NCBI RefSeq assembly: GCF_020740795.1
Contig: NC_067310.1
Location: 429,940 to 493,939 of the forward strand
DNA: 64,000 nucleotides
Direction of reading: 5' to 3'
DNA from: Apus apus
Lineage: Eukaryota
A program made the translations under genes and the position numbers. Positions 46,561 to 60,375 of the stretch are shown here, piece by piece (within the stretch, counting starts at the first letter, position 1; every line of letters begins with the position of its first letter). Under the pieces are notes generated by a model. That model ran no database searches. It was not told the DNA's origin and saw only the letters and a program-made list of their open reading frames with translations.

Positions 46561-47269
46561 GTTCTAGGATTCTAGGATTAACTCTGTTGGTGAGTGATCT
46601 GGGAAAATGGTTTAATAGAAGTTGTTTTGCTGCTTGTTATTGAACTTAACTATGGATCCCCATGAGCTGTGTGGAAAAGGCATGAAAAAGGAACAGAAAA
46701 GACAAACAGGATCTGGTGTGAGTGCAGTGACAGGGGTGTCATCAGAGGGGCAATAGATGCACCTCTGCCATTAACATGTGAAAGGACTGAGAGAAGAGCT
46801 GAGCAGAGCACTTATTAGGTAGAAAAAAAGAGAAGAGCTGTGCTGGAGAGGTGAGAGGCAGAGCTGAGGTGCAGATCCCAGGTGGCTGGTGAGGAAGAAG
46901 GGGAAGGTGCCCAAGCAGAAGTTTCCTTGCAACCCATGGCGAGATGGCAGCTGTGCCCCTGCACTCATGGAGGAACGTGGTGGGACATTCCCTGGGGGTG
47001 CCAGGAGGGGTGAACTTGGATTTGCTGCCAGTGGACATGGATTTGCTGCACCAAAGGAAGGGCTTCCCTTGCAAGGCCAGTGTCCAGCTTATTGGGATGA
47101 CCACCAAAGGAGGGGCTCTTCTTGTGAGATCAGGGCCCAGTTTATCAGGGTGGTTGCTAAATGAGGGTCTCTCCTTGTGAGAACAGAGACCAAGTGGCTT
47201 AATGAATGAGGACCCCACCCGAGCACAATGTCCATTTTGTCAGGGTGGGTGTTTTGAGGCAGTTATTTG

Positions 47270-47560
47270 TTTAGGGACTATACAGATGGGATGAGGCAGA
47301 ATGATGTTAAAGTAGGAGGGGGGACATTAATGTTAGACATTTGGAAGAAAGTCTTTAGTGTGAGAGTGGTGAGACACTGGAACAGGTTTCCAAAGGGAAG
47401 TTCTGGATGCCCCACCTCTGGAAATGTTCAAGGACAGCTTGGACTGCACTTGGAGTAACTTGGTCTGGCTGAGAGGTGTCCCTGCCCATGCAGGGAGTTT
47501 TGAACTAGATGATCTTTAAGATCCCTTCTACCCCAAACCATTCCATTATTCCATGATTCA
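47270..47560 (+). mobile_element. CR1 3' end
   Basis: ..VVRHWNRFPKG.. followed by ..gttttgaactagatgatctttaagatcccttctaccccaaaccattccattattccatgattcatg. Confidence 0.8.
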
Positions 47561-50500
47561 TGTTTTCCAGGTCTGCTGGACAGCACTGGTGGTGCTTGTG
47601 TGGAAAAGCAGCAGGGGTTCGGAGGCCATGGGATGGACAAGCTTCAGCACTGCACCTGTTGGTCAAGGACAGCTGGCAGAGCTCCTCAGAAGCTGCTGGA
47701 GCTTGCCTGCAGCCCTCCAGCAATCAGGGTCTCTCTCTCTCTGACTCTCCTGCACTGGCAACAACAGCCCCTGGATCAAGGCTGAAGCTCCCAAAGGATC
47801 TCAGGCAGTGTCCTCAGAAGAGTTTTTCAGGACTCTGAAGGGCAAAGGCACTTGGCAGGAACTTGGGGTGAATTTCATGCTGAGCAGGAGATTGGTCTAG
47901 AGACAGACCCAGTCCCTTCCCACTGGAACAGTTCAGGGATGAATCTGTGATCTCTGGTGGTGGCTCCTGCATTTCTGGCAGGCCTCAGCTCCTCGCCTGC
48001 TTGTGGGGCAGCACCAAGCATGGGAACCCTCAAGCCAGACCTTCACCAGGGCCTCCTGTTTACCACAGGGCCTGAAACCTTGGAAGCTGAGTACTCCCTT
48101 GTGGATGAGGGCTTGTTCAGACAGAGCAGGCTCTCCTCCCAGCCTGCCACCACTGGCATGGCAACAGGGTGACAAAGGAGAGTGACACATGCAGACAGGA
48201 AGGTGACCTTCCCACCTCCCTGAGGTCCCTGGAAGATCCAGTCCAACCCAGCAAGATGGGAAGAGCCCTAAACCTTTCAGGTGCCATTTGTAAGGTTGAC
48301 CAGATCAGTCTAAGAGGATGTGGGAGGTGGGGTTGTTACTGAATTGACTAAATTTTGATTATTTAGAAGGCCTGGGCCTGGTTGGGCCTGACCAAGACAA
48401 GGCTTTTAGGAGAAACCATTCACATAGGAATCATATTGGGAGGGGAAGTGGGTGATTATGTTTTACTTCAGTAGTCACAGAACCCACATGTACTAGACAA
48501 GCAGCACATGCAAGTAGCTAAGGTCTAGTGTTGCATAAAGGGTAAGATATTATGCTTAAGCAGCTACCATGGAAAGAATAATGCAATAATAAATCCTGAA
48601 CCTATCACACAGTGGCCAAGGTCACAGTAACCTGTTATGCTGCTTGAATATCCCCTTACCCCATTCTAACCTGATTTGAATATCAGGGACTATAATCAAT
48701 AGGGTGACCAATTATTTTTGTTAGAAATGAATATGTATGAAGTTATGTAACTTGCAGGGGCCAATCAATGCTAAGGTTAAAATTAACAAATAATTAAAAG
48801 CAAGCATTATATGCATTTTTATGTTAAATATTTTAGACAACAGAAATTTAATATATAAAAACCAGTTGATTGTAATTAAACTCAGGATACGCTAGGAGGA
48901 GTTATCCCCCATATCCCTGCACGCTTATAAATAAGTGTCTGCTTATCTACATCACATTGGTTTTGATCAGTTATTTTCCCCATATTTGATGACCATTTTT
49001 GGTGATCCAGATGGGACCTCAGTGGGAGAGACCAGAGGAGTCAGGGACCTGATAAGTTCTAGCTGGCACCAAGGAAATTCTTGGGGATACCCATTGATCC
49101 CCGATCCAGAAGGCTCTTTGCAATGTCTCCTGGAATTGCTAAGACACTTCTTATTTGGTTTAGGGTTTGAGTCCCTCAGTCTGTATTTAGAGGGGGTTTG
49201 AGTCACCCAGTCTGCCTGTCAGACATCCTGAAAGCTGCGCAGGGTTGGACTAAGAGGGGACCCATTTGGAAGCTGGGGCGTCTGCCCATAAGACATAAGC
49301 AAAAGGTAGTGCAGGGTTGGACAAATTGTGATAATAGAAATTTAAGTGCACATAAGTCTTTGTCGGTATCTTTATGTACATTTGTAACTGGTTATGTACA
49401 TTTTTGTTGGCATTATTGTGTGTGTGTGTGACTGAAACGTACAAATAAGTATGAAGCGAGTGCAGAGTTCTGATCCCTGGGTCTATTTATCCTGCCAGGG
49501 GTGCAGCTGGAGAAGAACAAAGTGAAAGACTGAGCAATTTGTGTGAACTTTAACACAGTTATAATGATTTTCAAGTTAACACATTTGTTTAAGAATAAAA
49601 GTGTTAGTAATTTAGCTTCTGATGAAAAGATACTGAAAACTTCCCCATTAGGGTATTTATTAACCCATTGGGGAGAATTGCAAGATGATTTGCAAAAAAG
49701 CCAAATGATAGAGTATTGTAATCATTGGTGGCCCCTGTATGTTTTAGAAGATCAGGAAAAATGGCCCACAAATGGAACTTTTGAGTTATAACACTATATT
49801 ACAACTAATGGTGTTTTGCAGAAGGGAGGGGAAATGGAAGGAGGTGCCATATGTAGACTTGTTATTTTATCTGAGGCAACAAACTGATTGCCAGCAAGAA
49901 TGTAAATTGATTAGCAGAGTCAATCTAGTAATGGCTTTAACTTCTGAAAAGAAAAAAACAAAGAGATCTTTCTCTATGTGTGTTATTGGAAAGAAGTGCA
50001 TCAAATGTATGGTGCCAAAACATGAAATAGGACTGGAATTAGATGTAGCTCCTTCACAAAGAGGACAGGAACACCACAGACAGGGACAGTGGCATGAAAG
50101 GGATAATGAATCGGTAGAAATGGTGGAGCCAGAGAGTAGTGGAATGAAGTATGAGGAAGAAGGACCTTCGAGAGTTGTGGTGCATACCCCTGTATCTCAG
50201 AGAACTAGGCAGCAAACACAGGTGGTAGCCCCTTTGAGACAAGGAGTTGGTCAAGAGGGACCTGTGCATGTGAAAGTACCTTTTTCAATTGTGGATTTGG
50301 TGTCTTGGAAGCAGCTGCAGGACCTTATAGGGAAAATCCTGAGAAGGTTGGTAGGATACTAAACACCACTATTAGGACACAGAATCCGAACTGGAATGAT
50401 ATCCAAGTGATACTGGATTTGATGGATGGGACAGAGAAGCAAGTGGTATTGAGGGCTGCTAAGGCACAGGCAGAAACAGCAGTGCTGAATGGGGCAGCAA

Positions 50501-51461
50501 GGGGGACTCTAGAGCAAAATTTTCCTTCTGGAGATGCAGAGTGGGATCCAAACTGTGTGGAGCATAGGCAGAGACTGAATTGGTATTGGAACTGGGTTTT
50601 GTATGGAGGGAAACATGCAATACCTAAGGCTGTGTGAAGTGAGACAGGATAAGAGCAAATCTCCTTCTGTGTTTCTAGAAAGATTAGAGGAAGCAGCTGG
50701 AAAATACACTAATTTGGGAGTGGATACAGATACAGCACAAGTGCAACTGGTCTTAATCTTTATAGGACAACCTGCACCAGACATAAGGAGAAAGCTTCAG
50801 AAACTGGATGGTGAAGATTCAAAAAATCTGAATGTTAGAGGTGACATGGAAAGTATATAATAACAGAGAAGGAAGAAAGGAGAACTAGGGAAAACAGGCT
50901 GCTGGCAGTGGTAACAGGAATACCTGTGAGAGGTAGAGGACACAGGGGAAGAAGGGGGGACATAGGGAGAGGTGGAAAACAGAACTTAAATGCTCCCTTG
51001 GGAATAAATCCGTGTGCTTACTGTAAAGAAGAAGACATTAGAGGCGAGAGTGCCCAAAATGGAGGGGAGGTCAGCAAGAGGCAGCAAGATTGATGATGTT
51101 AGATGAATGAAGGGAACCAGAGGGGAACCCAGCTGAACCTCAGGTTGTAATTAAGCTGGGAGAAAAAGAGGTTACGGTTTTGGTGGACACCAGAGCAACA
51201 TTCTCAGTTTTGAATACTTGTAAAAGGAAATTGGGCACCAAAAAAGCAAATATAATTGGGCCACGGGGAAGGAGGAAAATAGGCCATTCCTTCAACCCCT
51301 GGATTTAAAATTTGGGAACAAAACAATTACACATGAATGTACCAGAATGTCTGATACCCTTATTAGGGAGAGATTTGTTATCTAAACTAAACACACAAAT
51401 TGTTTTTGAAAATGGAGAGCTCCTCTGAAAAATACCTGAGTCAAAGACAGGAGAAAGTTTA

Positions 51462-52470
51462 ATGATACAAGAAAAAAGAAAAGAACAAGAAATTCCACGA
51501 GAAGTGGATTTGGCAGTAATCCCTACAGTATGGGAAACAGATAAACCTGGCAAACTGAAATTAGCACAACCTATTAAGATAGAATTGAAACAGGGTGCAA
51601 AGCCAATGAGGATTAAACAATATCCAATCAAACCAGAAGCCAGGAAGGGAATTAAGAAATTAATTGATAAGTTTATAGAATATAAAATTCTTGAAGAGTA
51701 TGAACCCAAGTACAATACCCCAGTCTTACCAGTGAGAAAACCTTCAGGTGAGTATAGGTTGGCACAGGATCTGAGATAGTTAAGGACATACACCCTGTAG
51801 TGGAAAATCCTTATACTTTTTTAACAGCTTTGAGGGAGGAACATCAGTGGTTTACAGTGCTTGCTTTAAAAGATGCTTTCTTTTGCATACCTCTGGATGA
51901 GGAAAACAGAAAACTGTTTGCCTGTGATGTGAGAATCCATAAACAGGGCAAAAGATGCATTTCACATGGACAAGGCTACCACAAGGATTCAAGAACAGCC
52001 CAGTGATTTTTGGAAAGCAACTGGCCAAAGAACTTGAAATATGGAAACAAGATGATTCAAGAACAAAACTGGGATATCTGCTTCTGTAGTATGTGGATGA
52101 CATGCTGATTGTTACAGAAGAGAGTTCTGCCTGCATAAAGGTAACAATAGAACTTTTACGTTTTCTTGGACTAAATGGGTACAAGGTATCCAGAAATAAA
52201 GCCCAAATAGCAAAACAGACTGTGACATATCTGGGCTTCAAAATTTTAAAAGGGCAATGGCGATTGGGAAGAGACTGTAAGGAAGCCATTTGTGGCATCC
52301 TGGAACCCAAAAACGTTCACGAACTGAGGGCATTTCTGGGAATGGCCAGGTGGTGTCGTCTGTGGATAATTAATTATGGTTTAATAGCCAAGCCACTGTA
52401 TGAAGCCCAAAAGAAATCTTCCTTTTTATGGGGTCCAGATCAGCAGTGGGACTTTAAAGACCTGAAATGA
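51462..52470 (+). pseudogene. Reverse transcriptase region of the class I ERV (frameshifted)
   Basis: ORFs 51462-51779 and 52093-52470 carry RT motifs, with YVDD at about 52084-52095. Confidence 0.75.
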
Positions 52471-53566
52471 GCACTAATGTCTGCACCTGTCCTGGGACTT
52501 CCAGATTTAACCAAAGATTTCCACTTGTTTGTTCATGAAAGACAGCGTCTAGCATTGAGAGTGCTGACCGAGAGAATGGAAAGCAGGAAGAGACCAGTTG
52601 GATATTCCTCCAAACAACTGGATGCTGTAAGTACTTGTCTCCGAGCAGTTGCTGCTACAGTGATGCTTATCCAAGAAGCCTGAAAACTGACTTTGGGAAG
52701 AACAACAACAGTGTATGGCCTGCACATGGTAACTGTTAAAACAAAAGGGAGGACATTGGTTATCCCCTAGCAGAATTATGAAATACCAGGTGGTGTTGAC
52801 TGAACAGGATAATGCAATTTTGAAAACAACTAACCTAGAGAATCCTGCAGTTTTTCTAAGTTCTTCACAGGAAGAAGGACAACTGGAACATGACTGCCAC
52901 ACCACCACTGAACATGTGTATTCCAGTTGGGAGAATTTGAAGGACATCCTGTTGGAAGACCCTGACTGGGCAGCAGTTTTGTGGAACATGGAGTTCAATA
53001 CACTGAATATGCAGTAACAACTGCAGACTCAGTCATAAAGGCAAAAGCATTGCCTGGCACCATGTCAGCCCAGAAGGCAGAGTTTGTTGTCTTAGCCAGG
53101 GCCCTTAAATTAAGTGAAAGAAGGAAGTTGAACATTTGGACTGATTCAAAATACGCCTTTGGGGCAGTACATGTCCATGGGGAGGATTATTATCCTCCCA
53201 AGGATCAAACATTAAACATCAAAATGAAATTTTACAATTACTGCAAGCTGTTCAAAAGCCTACCCTGCACTGTAAAGCACATTAGGTGGGAAATACAAAA
53301 GAGATTGGATGGAATAACTTACCAGATAGACCTGCAAGGAAGGCGGCAAGAGAAAAGTCTTTGCAAACGACTTTGTTTCCAATGAAAACAATAACTCCTC
53401 CAAAGGAAAAAACTAAATATACAGAGGAAGATGATAAAATAGGAAAATTATTGAATGTAAAGAAAAATTCAGCTGGGTGGTGGGTCACACCTAATGGACA
53501 GGTAGTAATACCACCTTCCTAATAAGAGAAATAATTCAGACAAAACACAAAAAATGTCATTGGGGT

Positions 53567-54010
53567 GTGGAAGCCTTAGTTACCCTTTTAAAAAGGCAAG
53601 TGGTATCAGTCAAAATGTTAGGGATAGCCAAAATGATAACTACAAAATGTGATTTGTGTTTAAAGAATAATCCAGTGATGGAGAAAAAAGTTCAGATGGG
53701 TAAGCTCAAATCTCGCACAGAACCAGGTGATTATTGGCAAATAGACTTTCCAGAGCTATCCAGACAAAATGGGTATCAATGCTTTTTGGTGGGGGTTGAC
53801 GTTTACAGGATGGCCAGAAGCCCTTCCTTGTCACACTACACAGGCAAAAGAGGTAGTAAAATGGCTATTACAAGAATTAATATTGAAGTTTGGAATCCCT
53901 GTTGGGATCTCTTCAAACAGAGGTCCAGATTTTGTTGTTGAAGTTGTGCAAAGTGTATGCAATAAAATAGCATTCTTAACAATTCAATATATAATTAAAA
54001 TTTCATGGCT
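53567..54010 (+). pseudogene. Integrase N-terminus and core of the class I ERV, truncated at about 54010
   Basis: ORFs 53567-53941 and 53769-54026. Retroviral sequence ends abruptly at an AT-rich block. Confidence 0.7.
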
Positions 54011-54227
54011 GCTATCTTCATTTTAACAAGTGAATAATACAGAGTAATACAGAACATGAGTATAACTTTGAAAAATAAAACAAAACACTAAATTCAAATT
54101 AAAAAGGAAAAGAAAAACAACACAACCTTCAACCTAATCTATTAAACTTCTACAGTCATGTTACACAAATGCAGCTTTAAAAGTGATTACAGAAATGCAA
54201 TTATAAAATGACAAAAGGTGGTTTTTA

Positions 54228-54556
54228 ATGCTCTTAATGTTTAATTGTGTATTAAGGCACTTAAAAAACAAGAGCGTAAAAAGTGATGGTGCATGAGTGC
54301 AGTTATTCAACATATAAATAACAAAATGTAGCATAACGAAATATAACACTAACAAAACATATACAACAGGAGTATAGCTTTAAAAAATACAATGTGTTTT
54401 AATAGTATTTTAAGGCACTTAAAAAGCAAAACAGTGTATAAAGTGATGGTGCACAAGTGCAATTATACAACATATAAAAGATAAAATATAGCATAATTAA
54501 ATATAATAACAAAACATATACAATAACAATATAACTTGAATAAAAACTGCTCAGCA
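54228..54556. repeat. AT-rich tandem duplication (two units of about 165 bp) abutting the truncated ERV
   Basis: The two units are about 85% identical. Minus-strand ORFs 54161-54355 and 54399-54617 are paralogous translations. Confidence 0.75.
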
Positions 54557-55491
54557 CAGGGTTTTTCTGTTCAGTTTCCAGATCAGCCTCGACGATGAAA
54601 ATTTCCTGCTCACCCAATATTGTGCAGCGTGTTTGCAGTTGCCTGAAGAAGAAGCCAGGGCAAAGAAAAGTGCCCCATTTCCTGCAGACAGGTACGCCTG
54701 GCTGAGGCTGAAGGCATCTTTCACTAGAGTTAGTCCTCAGTCACAAACACGAAAGGAGCCCTGGGACAGATTTTTCTAGACTCCAGCCATCACTTCTCCT
54801 CCCATGACCATGGTTGCTTTCAGCACCAGCGCATGACAGACACACTCGCTGCTGTTTGCTCTTGATTTTTGCTGTCTCTCAGTCATGGCTGGTGTTTGTA
54901 GCTCATGCGGTGCAGCCTGTTCTGAGTCAAGAGAGAAGAATCAGTGACAAAAGAGTGTTCAGGCAAACTTCAAGGAGTCGAAGGCTTGTAACACACAGCA
55001 TCGAACCTGCTCTGATCTGAGGCCAGATGTCCCCAGAGCAGCTGCCCCTGTTCCATGGTTGTTCCTCCAGAGTCCCCGCTTGGCAGGGACTGGTGCTGGT
55101 TCAGAGCAGGCAGCCCCTGAGACACTTTCCTTCTGTTCCTGGATGCTTTTAATCATCCAGAGTGTTCAGCTCCAGGGCTCTTTCCACGGTGTGAGTGCAC
55201 ACAATCTGTTGTGTTGCATCCGTGAGCGTTTTGAGCTGACAAGCAAATGTGGGGAAAATGTGTTTGTTCCCAGCCGTTTCCTTGGGAGTTCTTGAATCTC
55301 TTTCTGGATTGTAGCCTCTCAAGGTGCCCCTCATGTTTTTCCAGGGACCTATTTGCCCCTGTCTGCTGCCAAAGTAACACCAGGAATCTTGTCTCTTTTC
55401 TCCCCAGCCTCTGCTGGACTTGAAACTGTCCATCCTGGAGCTTCTTCCAATGGAGTTGCATCCTACAAATATGGATGCTGTGAAGAGCCAT

Positions 55492-55765
55492 GGACCCCTC
55501 TCCTGAGGCAGCCTTGCCACAAGGGACCATCCGCCCCTGTTCCTGTGATCATCAAGACCTGTTCTGTGTATATCTGTATGAAGTTTCTAGGTTTGTTCCT
55601 CCCCCCATGTGTGACTCCCCTTTCCGTATTGCAGTAAACCTGTTCCAGTTTGAATTCCCAACCTTTCAGTCTCTCTTCCTTATTCTCCCTTTCTTTTCTC
55701 TCGGGAGGGTAACAGAGAGCAGTTCTGCCCTCTGGCTTGTGATTCACCCTGACCACTAACCCAGG
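55492..55765 (+). repeat. Second copy of the unclassified LTR-like repeat (see 13205-13505)
   Basis: Aligned to 13205-13505. Confidence 0.6.
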
Positions 55766-56219
55766 ACAGAGGGGATAGTGTTTTCCTGCTGGGGAGCCCC
55801 CCCCTTTGTTTTTATCCACACAGGCTGTGCTGACTTCAGCAGCCCCACATCTGAACTCGTCTGACTGCACTTTTCTAGACGTCTGGGCCTGCCTGATCCA
55901 CAAATACACCGACAGCCAATGATTCTTTGTTAGGATTTTGAAGGTTCATCCCTCCGTATTTTAAGAAAGCTTGTGTTAGTCTTCCCCGGGAATCACTGGG
56001 GTGGTCATCTGGCCTCTGTTTACATTCCTGTACTTTGTCCTTGTGAGCTCTAATTGCATTTATCGAATCTCTAACCACTGCTTGGCAATGGTTTCTCTCT
56101 GTTTGCTGATTGGGATCCCAACTGGGATCTGCCTGAGTCCAGTCAGTCTGATTTCCTCCTGCCTGCTAGGATCGATTTCACATTCTTTTCCAGGGGCTCC
56201 AGGTGATGGGTGTCTACAT

Positions 56220-56900
56220 CTAGGTCCCAGGTGACTGGAGGGTGGCTAATGTGACCCCATCTACAGGAAGGGCCAGAAGGAGGATCTGGGGAACTCCCGG
56301 CCTATCAGCCTGACCTCAGGACCAGGGAGGATCATGGAGAGGCTCATCCTGGGGAGCTCTCCTGGCAAGTGCAGGGCAGGCAGGAGATCAGGGCCAGCCA
56401 GCAGGGGTTTAGGAAAGGGAGGCCTTGCTTGGCCAACCTGATCTCTTCCTATGACCATGGGGACCTGCCTTTTGGATGAGGGGAAGGCTGAGGACATCAT
56501 CTCCCTGGACTTGGTGAGGCCTTGGACAGCATCTCCTGGAGAAGCTGGCGAATCATGGCGTGGACAAGTGTTCTCTTCACTGGGTACAAAACTGGCCAGA
56601 GGGTGGCCGGTCACCAGGGGTGTCCCTCAGGGCTCCCTTTTGGGGCCAGTTTTGTCCAGTCTCTCATCACTGATCTGGATGAGGGGATCCAGTGCAGCCT
56701 CAGTCCATTTGCAGACGACACCGAATTGGGTGGGAGTGTCGACCTCCTTGAGGGCAGGAAGGCTCTGCAGAGGGACCTGGGCAGCCTGGATCCATGGGCC
56801 GAGGCCAGTTGTGTGAGAGTCAGTCAGGCCACGTGCTGGGTCCTGCCCTTGGGTCACACCAGACCCAGGCAAGGGAGGGAAAATAAATCTGGAAGAGTAT
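56220..56900 (+). mobile_element. CR1 ORF2 RT fragment
   Basis: Translation ..DWRVANVTPSTGRARRRIWGTPGLSA.., ..YKTGQRVAGHQGCPSGLPFGASFVQSLITDLDEGIQCSLSPFADDTELGGSVDLLEGRKALQRDL.. (the FADDTKL-type RT motif). Confidence 0.8.
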
Positions 56901-56989
56901 CAAAAAGATGCTCAGCTTGCAGGGTAGGACAGAGGTGTTTAAAGATGTGTGAGCAGGAATGAGAGGATGATACTGACCTGGTGGTTGCC

Positions 56990-57500
56990 CCCCACCATCG
57001 GATGGGCCACTCGGCAGGGTGATCACCAGACCAGGACACGAGGATGGTGGTTCCCCTGAGTTCAGTCCAATAGTTGGAAGAACAAGGGGTAGACAAGAGG
57101 AAGCAATTCAAGCCCCCCCTTTGGCCGCAGTCGGCAAGGAGGGACCTGTTACAGTGAAGGTTCCTTTCTCAATCTCAGATGTAAGTAATTGGAAAATCAC
57201 TGCTAGGAGCTGTAGGGACATTCCAAATAAGGGGACAAACACTTTTGAGATGATTTTAGACACAGGACCCAGATTGGAAAGAGGTTGAAGCCATAATAGA
57301 TGTTTTATTTGATAGCAGGGAACGGGATATGATTTGGAGAGCAGCAAAAACACGTGGAAGCACAAATTCCCTCCAGTGCTTTGCCAGGAATGGTGGAAGC
57401 CCCTTTCCCATCTGTTGACCCAGGATGGGACCCTAATCTGGGGATGCATTCAGGATCAGGAATGCAATGCCTAAGGCTATTAACATATCTCAGTGATATT
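56990..57500 (+). mobile_element. Isolated gag (capsid) fragment of a class I ERV related to the 49-54 kb element
   Basis: PLAAVGKEGPVTVKVPFSISDVSNWK.. and ..DVLFDSRERDMIWRAAKTRG.. parallel the CA of the 50.2-50.6 kb gag. Confidence 0.65.
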
Positions 57501-59286
57501 CCCAACTGAAACCTGATGCGTTGAGGATCATTCTGTGCTCCGAGCCGCTCTAACGCAGCAGTTCTCTCTCCCTTTGCAAGGCTCCTGGTTGCTCTACATT
57601 CCACATCATCTTCTGTTCCTGCTGGGCTCCAACAACTCTCTCTCAACACGGTTTGCTCCCGGAGCAGTGTCCTTGCAGGAGCTGCTGCTCGGATCCTGCA
57701 CCAGCAGCCCCGGGCACACGGCTGCCTCCTGGGGAGCAAGACAGGTTTGTCTGTGGGGGCTCCACGCTGGAGCAGTTCAGGAAGGACTGCAGCCCATGGG
57801 AAGGACCCACGTGGAGCACTTTAGGAAAGGCTGTACCCGGTGGGAAGGACCCATGCTGGAGAAAGGGAAGACCATGAAGAGGAAGGAGCAGCAGAGACCA
57901 AATGTTCTGGACTGACCACCAGCCCCATTCCCCAGCCCTGCGTGCCACTCAGCAGGGGAGGAAACAGAGGAACGAGTAACGACGGAGTGAAGTGGAGCCT
58001 GGGAAGAAGGTGGCGATGGTGGTTGAGATTTCTCTTTGCTTTTTACCATCCCCATCTATTTTACTTGGCAATAAATTAAATTCTCAGCTGATAGGACTTT
58101 GGCTTTTTTCAGTGCTTGCTCCTGAGAGCAAATGCTGATGATGTTCCATCAAGCAAAGGAAGTGGGGCAGGATCTGCTGGCTGCAGAGCAGGAGGGGTGG
58201 CTGGGACCACCAGGGCCCTGAGCTGTGGCTGCACAAGCACTGGCAGGTGGCAGCAGGTGCCAGGGGAGGAGGACTTGGCCATGGGCAGTGGCTGCTGCCA
58301 CACTGCCAGGCCCTGTTGCCAAAGTCTCTGCAGGCTCATCACATTCTGCAACACGTGGTTTTTCTCTTGAAACTTTTTTCTATCCAAATAAAATTGCTGG
58401 TGTTGCTCCCCAGGCCCCGTCAGAGATACATTCAAGGTCATAGCAGTAGAGAGGAAACATTCTGTCCCTTGAGCCTTTCTGGGGAAGAAGCAGGTGGAAT
58501 TCACTCTTCAGTGGAGGTTGTACGTGCAATTGTGGCAGGAACCAACAGAGTGAGGAAAGTGATGGACTCTGAACCATTTTCTTTCAGAGAGGACCTCTTG
58601 GCACTGTAACAGCTAATTCTGCATATACATCAGCTCTAGGCTCAGTAGAAGTTAAAAGAAAAACAGAATGTAAGGAACTAACGGAAAAGGAATATCAAAG
58701 AGGAAAAAAGAGTTATTTATACATCCACAACATGAATTCTTGCCTTAAAAAGCTACTTAAGAATTGAAATAAGTTCTAGAGAATGACAATGAGTGTGACA
58801 ACAGCATAGTTCTGCTTCTGTATAAGGACTACTCAAAATAGACTGTGCGACCTCAAGTTGTTGACTGAATATTAGGGGGTGTAACAGCAGCCTGTGAAGC
58901 AATAAACGTAATAGAGAACTTGTCCCTGTTTCATCTGATTCAAAAAGTCAATTTCAAACCAGTAAATCTTAGGTTTCAGACAGGCAGAAGACTTGTTCAT
59001 GCAACACAGATAGATTAAGGATCTTATTTCCAAGATGTTAGAGAGGAGTATAAATAGATTTAAAAAGGTATTTAAAGTCACAGACATATTTCAGCTTGCA
59101 TTGCAAATGGTACTTCTGTCCACGCAGCAAGGAGGACATATCTTGATAGCTGTGTCTCGTGATCCTAAGCAGGCCAACTCGAAGCCTTTCTGAAGTGCTT
59201 AGGTAAGAGCTTCAGATGCAGATATTTCACTCGTGGACAGAAATCACCCATCCTTACCCAGAACAACAGAAAAGCATCCGTGAAGG

Positions 59287-59737
59287 TGTCATGAGCTGGT
59301 ACCGGGGGCTCCCGGCTGTCAGGATCCTTTTGCGACTGCCCCTCCGATGTGGAGGGGTTTGTGAATGAGCCCGAGGGTCACACGCGGCGCTGCCTCTCAC
59401 GGAGCAACGGCCACCGCGGGGCCGTGTTTCCGGGTGGTAGCTAGAGAGCACCCCCACCCCACCACGCTCAGAGATTGCCTCTGAAGCCAAGATTTACTCC
59501 ACAAACTAATAGGTTTATTAAGGGTTAACACAAACCGAGGGGTGATGTTCGGGGACAATACAGGTGTGAATGGCTACCAGGGATATCAATATGTATGTGG
59601 TGAGAAAGTGTCCTTTAGGGAGGCAATGCAAAGGTGCTTTTAAGGGAGAGGATTAAGGACCAAAGGGAGGAGGGAAGGAAACCCGACGCCGGTCCTCCTT
59701 AAGAGGTCGCGCTGCGTGTGCAAGTATGAGAAAAGGA

Positions 59738-59775
<38 letters not shown>

Positions 59776-60375
59776 ATGTTCCCCTCCGGCTTGTCCAGCG
59801 TCGGTCGGTGGCCGGAAGGCAGGACGGCAGGTCCGTGGTGTCGGAGGGGCAGCCTCTCGGCAGCGGGTGCAGCGGCCGCTGGTTTCCCCTCCAGCGGCAG
59901 CAACACGGGGAGGGGGCTCCGGCCCCGACCCCAGGGCTCGGGACCCCGGCACGCTCGGCGCTGAGGCTCAGGCTGGACCCGGGGCAGGCAGGCAGGCAGG
60001 GTCCCAGCACCAGTGTCCGCAGCAGGGGGGTGTCCCAGGCAGAAAGCGTCCGAACAGGCCTCAGGGAGGAGGGAAGGGCCCACCTGCTGCCCTCGCCCCT
60101 TTGATACCCCCTGACCCACCTGTCCAGTCAGTGTCACTGCCCAGAGCCAACGAGCGTCCATGAGCCCCACGTTAGGGCGGTGACTGCCAGGGGCACAGGA
60201 GGGCTTGTCGCCCATCCTTTCTGTCTCGGGCCACATCTGTTGTTTTGGGTTCAGTTGTCCTTGAGAAGCAAGTCTGTTTTAGTCCGTTAGCTGGGGATAA
60301 TCAGGAGAGGCCTTCGCTGGCTGAAAAGGCATTTTGTTTAGACTGATGTGGGGAAGAAATAAACAGTTTCCCACA
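59287..60375 (-). repeat. LTR (1089 bp) of the ERV-L-like family. It is probably the 3' LTR of the minus-strand provirus whose pol lies at 61.3-64.0 kb.
   Basis: Full-length alignment to the 2437-3525 LTR. TG..CA termini. No PBS on its U5 side. The element's internal region lies on its U3 side, and a purine-rich tract (aaaagccacggggtgaga) abuts U3. Confidence 0.7.

Larger units (their letters stand above)
49000..54010 (+). mobile_element. Degenerate class I (gamma/epsilon-like) endogenous retrovirus: gag (CA, NC) - PR - pol (RT, RNase H, IN), truncated within integrase. A candidate PBS lies at 49000-49017 and a TATA box (tataaata) near 48926.
   Basis: Gag CA N-terminal motif PLRQGVGQEGPVHVKVPFSIVDLVSWK (gammaretroviral PLR..PFS..DL.NWK). 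CA peptide ..ENPEKVGRILNTTIRTQNPNWNDIQVILDLM... RT motifs PVRKPSGEYRLAQDLR, LKDAFFCIPL and YVDDMLI. RNase H motif TDSKYAFG. The IN zinc finger and core carry SSNRGPDF. Reading frames are interrupted by many stops and frameshifts. Confidence 0.8.
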
